NCBI GenBank assembly: GCA_963810095.1
Contig: CAWEMM010000006.1
Span: forward strand, 192,001-256,000
From: an uncultured Chloroflexia bacterium
GTDB taxonomy: Bacteria; Chloroflexota; Anaerolineae; CG2-30-64-16
Length of the DNA stretch: 64,000 nucleotides
Direction of reading: 5' to 3'
Shown in pieces: positions 63,822 through 64,000 of this stretch; the first letter of the stretch is position 1; each line of letters begins with the position of its first letter. Under the pieces are notes generated by a model that saw nothing but the letters and a program-made list of their open reading frames with translations, did not search any database and was not told the origin of the DNA. A program made the translations under genes and the position numbers.

Positions 63822-64000
63822 ATGGCTGAGTATTCCAATCTGAAGATCGCGGTCGAGGACCGCGTTGGCGTGTTGACGATCGACCACCCGCCGGCGAATG
63901 CCTTCGACGGCAAGACGCTGGTGGAGATGGATGCGGCGGTCGACGAGCTGCTGGCGAACGACCAGGTAAAGGTCATCGTGATCACCGGCGCCGGCCAATT
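63822..64000 (+). CDS. Enoyl-CoA hydratase/isomerase (5' part, truncated by the window)
   Basis: MAEYSNLKIAVEDRVGVLTIDHPPANAFD..VKVIVITGAG; GAGGGAG RBS. Confidence 0.88.
   Translation, partial: MAEYSNLKIAVEDRVGVLTIDHPPANAFDGKTLVEMDAAVDELLANDQVKVIVITGAGQ

Overview
GC-rich bacterial chromosomal segment, probably from Chloroflexota (Anaerolineae-like). This is inferred from the Pro/Thr-rich SH3 lipoproteins, the GT-C glycosyltransferases and the repeat types. It contains mostly core metabolism: azoR, class I fba, glgP, an amidase/DMT/DUF2891/aldolase/glyoxylate reductase run, an ilvBNC-leuACD-cimA-leuB-ilvD operon with an unannotated Leu/Val/Ile leader-peptide attenuator, aspC, an sqr-DUF1641-tusE-dsrE sulfur cluster under an HTH-PocR regulator, three SH3 lipoproteins plus two GT-C enzymes, a GH43 hydrolase, rlmN, a chelatase-like AAA+/vWA pair, dtd, ldh, moaC/moaDE, an Fpg/Nei glycosylase, VIT1, tig-clpP-clpX, mutL and a TetR-led beta-oxidation operon. 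About 14 genes carry 1-bp indels that look like assembly errors. The most notable signals are: (1) a Xer-fold recombinase lacking the catalytic Tyr and His residues, with a dif/cer-like 11-8-11 site lying across its own consensus promoter; (2) a canonical -1 frameshift cassette (A7, 7-nt spacer, hairpin) joining ChlI-like and vWA ORFs; (3) a LuxR-HTH/transmembrane/Kelch one-component sensor; (4) 13 copies of a dispersed 8-nt-periodic inverted-repeat element that often supplies stop codons; (5) a Thr-rich uORF directly before cimA. No rRNA, tRNA, CRISPR array or transposase was recognised.
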